Positions 56,521 through 64,000 of a stretch of DNA of 64,000 nt are shown here, piece by piece (position 1 is the first letter of the stretch; every line of letters begins with the position of its first letter). The translations under genes and the position numbers were made by a program. Under the pieces are notes generated by a model that had not been told where the DNA came from, did not search any database, and was given only the letters and a program-made list of their open reading frames with translations. The DNA is taken from NCBI GenBank assembly GCA_011109175.1, contig RDEW01000014.1:310001-374000 (forward strand), written 5' to 3'. The DNA is from Dicyema japonicum. Lineage: Eukaryota; Animalia; Dicyemida.

Positions 56521-59500
56521 ATGATTTCAGGTCGTACAGTAATAGAATGGTCCTTTTATTATTATGGACTGTTTCTCACCCGCCATCAGAAATTAATTAT
56601 TCTGTTCTTAATATTCACTTCAATATTACTGTCTGCTTCAATCTTATATCATTTAGTTACCCCTTCGCTCTGAAGTCATCTTCAACTACCATTTCAGAAA
56701 CGAGTTTTCCCACCCCCGCTGACCTGTAATGACAACGAATGTATTACTAAATATGCCTCTTCCTTAACTCCCACCCAGCAGGTTATTTTAGTCTTATTTT
56801 GAAAAATTTGTTTCATTTTCCAGGCGTTTGTCTTGGATTGGCCTAGTCCGTACGTCTACGTTCAGAAAATACACATACGGAGCATCGTTTCCCCGTGGAC
56901 AAACGACTTGGAGGCAGCTGACTCTGTACGTTTCCCCCTTGCTCTGAGTTTTGAAATTGTTAACCAACTCAAAAACATTTCAATCACGGAAAAGTTTGTC
57001 CGTGATTTATATAAGCAACCAAACCGTCAGTCTTCAACATTTGTGTCTTAAGGCCACTCAGCCTGCAGATTCCGTATCCTTTCTGCCGTCAAATGACTGT
57101 CTCGTGATGTCTCCTTCTAACATTTGGAAGGATCAACTTGAAAGGTCAACGTTTTCTTCAGTTTCAGATTCAAAAACGATGAAAATATTATCAGAACCCT
57201 GTACAATGTGATTGACAGAGCCCCAATTGCTTCCCCCGTTATTGGTTTTTTTTGGTTTAACCTGGAAGAGGTCGTATTTGGTCTCCCGTGGACACAAACG
57301 GGGATTCCACGGTATTTTATGAGAAGCAGACCGCGGATGATCACTTTTTCTGTCTCCGTGTACTTCAAAAAGGAGAACTTAAAGTTTATGCTTTCGTGAT
57401 TTAGGTTTATCGCCAAAATGAGGGAATCCCTCAGCACGATCTCGAAGGCTGTGGACATGGACGACTACAGAGTGCATTTAATATTCACCAAAAAATCTCT
57501 GTGGTCTCAGATTCTCTCAAATTATCTAATCTACCAGTTCACTGTCCTCTTCCTTTACGTAACCTTCCGTTATTTCTAAATTTTACTGTTTCTAGATCTG
57601 ATTCCGTATTTGAAGGGAAGACTCATAATCAGTGTGACTATTGTGGTCCTCATTATCGTGCTGAGCGTTCTTTCCATGCTCGTGTGCACGTTTTTTAATA
57701 TTGACCACTTTTTGATGAGATTGTAACTTTTTTCCATAATCTGCAGCAATTTGTGGAAATATACGCTAATGGTGGTGGGATTAGAGAACTCCTTGGTTCT
57801 GCTGACTGCCATTACAACAACTCCTGCGCATTTGGACCCGGCTATTCGAGTCTCCATTGGTTTATGTGTGATTTATTGGCAGGTCTTGGAAGTCAAGGAT
57901 ATCCAGTTTTCAGAAACTTAGTTTTGCTGTTCTCCATATTTTTGTGCAGCATTTATACGTGGACCACCAGTTTACAGGTTTGGGGGTAAATCCAGCTTGA
58001 GGAATTTGCCATTTTTGGATTTTGCAGCATTCTGATTGACCACTTGCTTCAGTTCACTCTGTTTGCTCTGGTGGTTTATAACCAACTGGAGAAGATGGAG
58101 ATCACGGAACAGCCTTGTACTCTGGAACAGGTCACTCAGTCCACAAAACAGTTCCCAAAGTGTTCGAATACTCATTTCGGGGACATTTTTACCAACAAGC
58201 CTAAGAATGAACCGATTGAACCAATACCCGCGGTAATCAAAAATTTCCCGAAAATATCCTGGACAGCTAAAACCTTGACTTTCCTTTCCAGAAACAGGAT
58301 ATTTCAGACTGTTGTTTTGGTTTTCCTTGTCATCACAACTAGACCGTCTCTGCCTTCTACTTTGGATTAAGTTTCTATAAAAGAGGTATCAGTCATTCCA
58401 CAATCCCCAATTTGTTCGGTAATTTCTATAAATTCTCTCTCCCTTTGTAAGTAAGTGTATTCATTCAAGGTGGTCCAATGTTGTCAGCTATTTTGACGCC
58501 AATTCCTGCATAAACTTTAACAGTATTTGTTCCCAGCACTTCTCTACTCTTTTCTCGTATTATGGTGATTCCTTAGTGAACCGGTAAAGGAATGTCATAT
58601 TCTCAGTCGATTAGTCGTGTTACCTTCCATTTACGTTCCCGTGAATATTGACCCCAGAAATTTGGCTGATCTATCCCGAAAAGTCTCCCGTTTCAGAGAT
58701 TTTAATCCCCTGTTATTCCCGGAGGACTTTTGGCTGGTAATAGTTGGAGTAATTTGTAGCAAACTAGTGAACACTTTGATTTTACTAGCAATATTCCGAT
58801 CATTCTAATTCTGTTGATATCTGTAGTTTATATTCTGAAAATCATTTACAATTGCATTTGTCCGCGGAATTATTCACAATTTCAGCCAAATGTGGGACAA
58901 AACAGCAGCACAATCATGGAAATCGACTTCAAATCTAGTGAAAACGTCCTCAGTTTTCCCAGTCCTGATAATATTAAGGTGGGAGTTGCTTATAACTCTA
59001 GGAAATCAAATTAGTTACCTCCTCGCAAGGAATGATTGCCCTTTGTACCTCCCATAACGAATTATTGGTGTATTGTGTAAGTCTCCGCCGTTCAACTCTG
59101 CGGATAACTCGAGAAAAGTTACTGTGATGTGAAAATCTAGTATAATTGGTGGACAGTTCAATCTGGTCCCTATTTACACGCTTTTGAAGGTCGTTAGTCC
59201 GTCCACCGTAGTCTTTGACGTTCTGATGAAAGGCTTAAGGCGGCGAATAATGTCCATTTCTATGAAAGACTGCCTTTTGGCCGTTGGCTGTGGAGATGGT
59301 CACATTGAGGTAATTTTCGTATGAATTTGAGTTTTGGAATATCACAAATGGAAGTCTCAAGTTCATAATTGAGGATTTCCGCAACAGAAGTTTGGTCAGA
59401 GTAGTTGAGGTTCTGATTATAAACAGGTCCTCGTTTTTTGATATTAAAGATGTCTGTTTATCGCCTTCAACACTGGTCGGGTGATTGTCGTCAACTTCAA

Positions 59501-60305
59501 GTTCAGTGACAACCGGCACTCAGATTTGAGTAATTTTCCGACTTTTTAGGGCTCGAATATGCCAGTGGATACGAGATTACTCAGAATTTTCAGCTTTTTC
59601 ATGAAACACTAACCCACATGGCTCATTGCTGCTCTGATTATTACGCGGCAACCGGTGATTACTCAATTACGAAGGTAACCAGAGGGATTTGTGAGAGTAG
59701 GTCGTCAAAAGTGATCAGACGGCCGTTGTTTTTAAGTACAATTCCAGAGTTTCCGTGTTGTATGCTCATTTGGTCAGATTTTTGGTTATTTTCAGAATTT
59801 TGTGGTTGTCGGCTATGAGGACGGCAGAATTGACATTTGTGACCTCGTGAACGGACTGGAGTTCTCATTCGTGCACTACCACGACAACTCTATCCCCGGT
59901 TTATCATCATCTCCTTATCTATGTTAGCTGTTCAAATAGTTAGGAGTCAAATGCTCGTTTCCTGTGGATTGGATCACCGACTTTGTATTTCTGATATTTC
60001 TACCTGTCAGCTAAAGCAGTGCATTTATTTGGTAGACTGATTTGGTAATTTTAGTCGTCTGCTACTTTCTACAGTCAGTTGTGCCGTCTGTGGGACGATC
60101 GGTTCTTCATTACTGGAGGATTTGACAAGTTGTTCATTTGGACGCTGAGGCAGGAGTTTGCATTCGTGTAATTGAGATGGACTCTGAAAGAAAGGACTTT
60201 ATAAGAAATATCATTCAATTTGACGAAAATAGTGGGAAAATCATTGTCACGTTAGCTGGGGAACTATTTTTGTTTCATTTTGATAATACAAGGAAGAATC
60301 GGTGA
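56521..60305 (+). CDS. SCAP: SREBP cleavage-activating protein (sterol-sensing domain plus WD40)
   Basis: FYYYGLF, YVYVQKIHIRSIVSPW, VVGLENSLVL..TTP..RVSIGL, LQEFAIF..IDHLLQFTLF and C-terminal WD40 repeats after splicing. At least two apparent frameshifts (about 56723 and 60140). Confidence 0.85.
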
Positions 60306-60379
60306 TGTCAATATTTGTTATTTTTATCTTACTTTTTCTAAATAATTAAGATCTTATCTATCATAGTATGATTAGATGG

Positions 60380-61340
60380 GGTTTAATGAGTGATTAGCGG
60401 AATGAACGGCTTAGGGATGACTTCTATTGAGTCACTAATATGGACAAACGGTGAGGGATTCCGTTCTATTAACAGTTCTTCATCCAGTATGTGGTCTCAA
60501 GAGAGGATCACAGTCCCAAGTTGAAGGTACTGTTTGAATGTGTTGGGATCACTTAGTTCTAGTTTTTTTACAGTGGTTTGATCATGGATATATCAGCTGG
60601 ACGGTTGATGGCAGCAGGCCTCCTACGTGTTAGCGAGGTCACGGTAACTAACTATCATTAGTTTGATTATGCGGTTGTTGGAAATAACTTAACCTTTACT
60701 AACCTCTATCTGACCTACTATGAACAAATTTAATGACTAGTCGGTAGATAACAAATATTATTTATAGTTTTGAGTTAAAAGCAATCTAAAGAATATAGGA
60801 TAGGGACTTCGTTTATGAGTTTGGGAGTATCATTTATGCGCTAATCGAGGTCATTTTATTAAGGTGACAATTATTACACGACATGAATAAATAATTCTTG
60901 TTTGACGAACACTAGAGACTATCCTCATGCTCAGTCACTTCTATTTCTTCTTGTGGAGGACACTTAACTCATTGATGATGAGGTAACAATAAAACTTGAC
61001 ACTCCAATATTTGATCAAAAGAATAATTGATTAATAATAATTTGATTTTTGTCCGAAAACCAAAAATAGGATTATAATCAGAATTAATTTATTAATGCTA
61101 CACAGTTCTGTTAACAGTATACAGGTCTTTCGATATTCTGGTGCGCTCTAATGTTTGCCTCTATTACGTGCGGTGAAAAGAATCCTTTTTTGTGTCCGCT
61201 CTGAGTAGGCCTAAGTGATCGCCTTTTAGAGTAGCACAGACTTGACTAATGCATTATATCTGCGTAGTTCTGTTATCGCGTCCAGCCCTTTGTGCATAGA
61301 AGGAGTTTTCTCCCGTTTTTGCAATGCTAAATATATATTT
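60380..61340 (-). CDS. Possible unidentified gene between SCAP and PP2A
   Basis: Short open segments separated by intron-like GT..AG blocks; no consistent full model was obtained. Confidence 0.2.
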
Positions 61341-61545
61341 TACTTATATATTTCAGCAAATATAGACTAAAAAATTGAATAAAATATTTTTCACATTTTT
61401 TTTGCATTTATTAGTCGATAACTAATTTTCTAACATTTGATTGGAAAAGAAAAATTATTAATTAAGTAATTTAATTCAAATACTCCTGTTGTCTTAACTG
61501 GTTTTGTATGTTCTGGTTGGTCAAAATTAGTTTCATTGACCTGAA

Positions 61546-62593
61546 ATGAGGGATTCGAAAAATATAAAGGAGATTGACGTATGGATTGAACAACTGTTTA
61601 TGTGTAATCAACTTTCTGAGGACCAAGTCAAAGTTATGTGTTCCAAAGTTTACTCACTCTAACCTTTTTAGGCCATCGAGATCCTCAGTAACGAAAATAA
61701 TGTCCAAAACGTTTCCTGTCCTGTTACCGTTTGTGGAGACATTCATGGACAGTTCTACGACCTCATGGAACTCTTCGAAATTGGTGGAAAACTTCCAGAT
61801 ATCAACTACCTATTCTTAGGGGACTACGTGGACCGTGGATACTATTCTGTGGAGACCGTATCCCTTCTTGTTGCCTTAAAGGTGACTCTATTCTTATTTT
61901 CAGGTTCGGTACCCCGACAGGATTACTATACTTCGCGGAAATCACGAAAGTAGACAGACTACCCAAGTTTACGGATTTTACGATGAATGTCTACGGAAAT
62001 ACGGGGGACCTTCTGTGTGGCAGCATTTTACTCAGCTTTTCGACTACCTTCCACTGTCGGCACTCATCAGTGGCCAGGTTCTTGTCCTCTCATTTCCAGA
62101 TGTTTTGCCTCCATGGAGGACTATCTCCATCTATTACCTGCCTAGACAACATTAGGGCTATTGACAGAATCCAGGAGGTCCCCCACGAAGGCCCGATGTG
62201 TGATCTTCTGTGGTCGGACCCCGATGATAGTTCTGCTTGGGGACAGTCTCCACGTGGCGCTGGCTTTACTTTCGGACCGGACGTTTCCAGCCATTTTATA
62301 GCTTTAAATTCCCTCTCAACTATAGTACGTGCTCACCAGTTGGTCATGGAGGTTAAGCTTTGGTTGTCTTCTTACAGGGGTACAACTGGTGCCACGATCA
62401 CAAGGTGGTGACCATTTTTAGTGCCCCGAATTACTGCTACCGGTGCAATAATCAGGCGGCTTTGATGTGCCTGGATGATAATATGTCGGATATTTTGTAG
62501 TTTTTGGTTTTTATGGGTAGTATTCAGTTTGACCCTGCTCCACGGCAAGGTGAGCCGTTGGTCACTCGCAGAACTCCTGACTATTTTCTTTGA
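61546..62593 (+). CDS. PPP2CA: Serine/threonine protein phosphatase 2A catalytic subunit
   Basis: [27 protein letters not shown] and C-terminal TPDYFL*. Five GT-AG introns of 24, 22, 22, 26 and 24 nt; no frameshift. The A/B paralog label is only nominal. Confidence 0.97.
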
Positions 62594-62649
62594 GCGTTGC
62601 TAATTTGACTATCATTTTATGTGAGGATACTTTTATTAGTAAAATCAAT

Positions 62650-64000
62650 AGCGGTTGCTTTGAGATCTGTTAGTTTAACAAGTTCCTATGTATTAGTCGT
62701 GAAAAAGCTGTTGAGTTATTACCACTAGGAGCTGAGTTTGAATACACGTAGTGTCACGTGGTTTGGGTGTTGTGCTGGTGACCATGTTAGGTTATTTTAA
62801 ATTCTCTCTTCAAGTGTGTTAAGGTTATGGCACGAACGAGATAAATCGGGGACATTTGAGGTATTAGTCATGGAGATCACTGTCAAGGTTTGACTGGGAT
62901 CATAAGCTCAGATTGATTGGGTATTTTGGGTAACAATGTGTCATGGAGTTCGTCTGCTGTGGGGACATAAAATTTTACATGTATTTTAAACTTATCAGTG
63001 AATGCGGGATTTTTCGTTTCAATCCCGAGTCCATAAGTGCTTCGAAGATATCGAATGAGGAGATTTGGCGAAACTCCTCACGACCGTAAAGAGTAGCCTA
63101 AAGTCGTGCAATTCGTTTGTAATTTGATGTGTTTGTCATTTGAATCAATATTAGGCACTTTAAAGCTGTTGTTTACTTTTAAAGTAAAATTAGGCAAATC
63201 GTGCTAACACTTCGGAATCTTCGTATTTCAGAAATCCTTACCCTCTAAAGCTGACTTCACTTTTCCCATTCTGTTCTCGCTTAGTCAATCAGAGTTCTTA
63301 CTGAGTTTCACTTAAAGCATTGAATTTTACTTTTGTGGTTTTCTCAGCATTATTTATGCTTAACTGACTCATGCCAATCGACTAGAGCGTATTGCTCTTG
63401 ACACCCTAAACATCTCAGAACCACACGTGGTATAGACTACAAAATAATCCTTTCATAATTTCACGGTGTTTTATTCCATAGTTAACGGAATTAATTATTT
63501 TGATAATTATTGTATCGGAGACCTAAAATCACAAAGTCACCCAAAAGAGGCAGAAAGAGAGGAAAACGTCCATCCTTGCAGTCGTGGGACCCCTATTTTT
63601 GACTCTGCAAGGAACTAGGATTCAGTGCATCAAAATTTGTTATAATGGAAAAAGCTCTAATCTTGGTTTTGATATATTTTCATCTTCAGGAATCCTCCAC
63701 GTAAAGTCCTTGTTGCCAGGACAAGCATAGAGGTCCCGAACTTTGCTTCCACTCAGAGATTATGATGGCAACAGTAAAGAGCAGCAATATTAGGTGTTGT
63801 TAATCAACTCTGGATTTGGCCATCGAAGATAAAGAATTAGTTCTCAGAAATTTAAGAGGATGCTGGGGCCATTCTAAAGGAGCTGTAAAATCCCACAACT
63901 CTTTAGAGATTAAACTGATACAAAGGTCCACAGTTCTACAAATCCTTATAAAAACAGGGTGCATACATAAAAATGATAAGAACTTTGTAGGGGGTGGATA
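62650..64000 (-). CDS. Probable unidentified micro-intron gene, likely continuing beyond the window
   Basis: Open segments such as RDLYACPGNKDFTWRIPEDEKY and EFRQISSFDIFEALMDSGLKRK separated by GT-AG blocks of about 22-35 nt; no family recognised. Confidence 0.3.

Noticed and set aside
61220-61229. CGCCTTTTAG resembling U5 snRNA loop I
   Set aside because: The last base differs from the invariant loop, the flanks do not form the closing stem, and no clear Sm site follows.

Overview
AT-rich eukaryotic nuclear DNA, very probably from an animal. It uses the standard genetic code. Compact gene islands sit among decayed transposable elements. Seven conserved genes can be rebuilt by hand, and only by removing very small spliceosomal introns (mostly 21-28 nt, longest seen 42 nt): eIF2-gamma (-), DNA polymerase delta catalytic subunit (+), CENPJ/SAS-4 (+), NME5 (-), SMG1 kinase (+), SCAP (+) and PP2A catalytic subunit (+). 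Micro-introns together with centriole/cilium genes and SCAP would fit a dicyemid-like mesozoan; this is inference and was not verified. The intergenic space holds remnants of non-LTR retrotransposons (Jockey/I-like, RTE-like, R4/Dong-like, CRE-like), hAT and MULE DNA transposons, a Ginger-like integrase and at least one tRNA-headed SINE family. The most notable signals are non-canonical micro-introns inside essential genes (two GA-AG in POLD1, one GT-GG in eIF2-gamma) and DNA-transposon genes carrying host-sized micro-introns. Main caveat: several essential genes also show isolated frameshifts, mostly in short homopolymers. This suggests an imperfectly polished assembly, so every single-base claim needs checking against raw reads and RNA. 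All alignments were done by eye from remembered family motifs; no database search was run. Boundaries of decayed elements are approximate.
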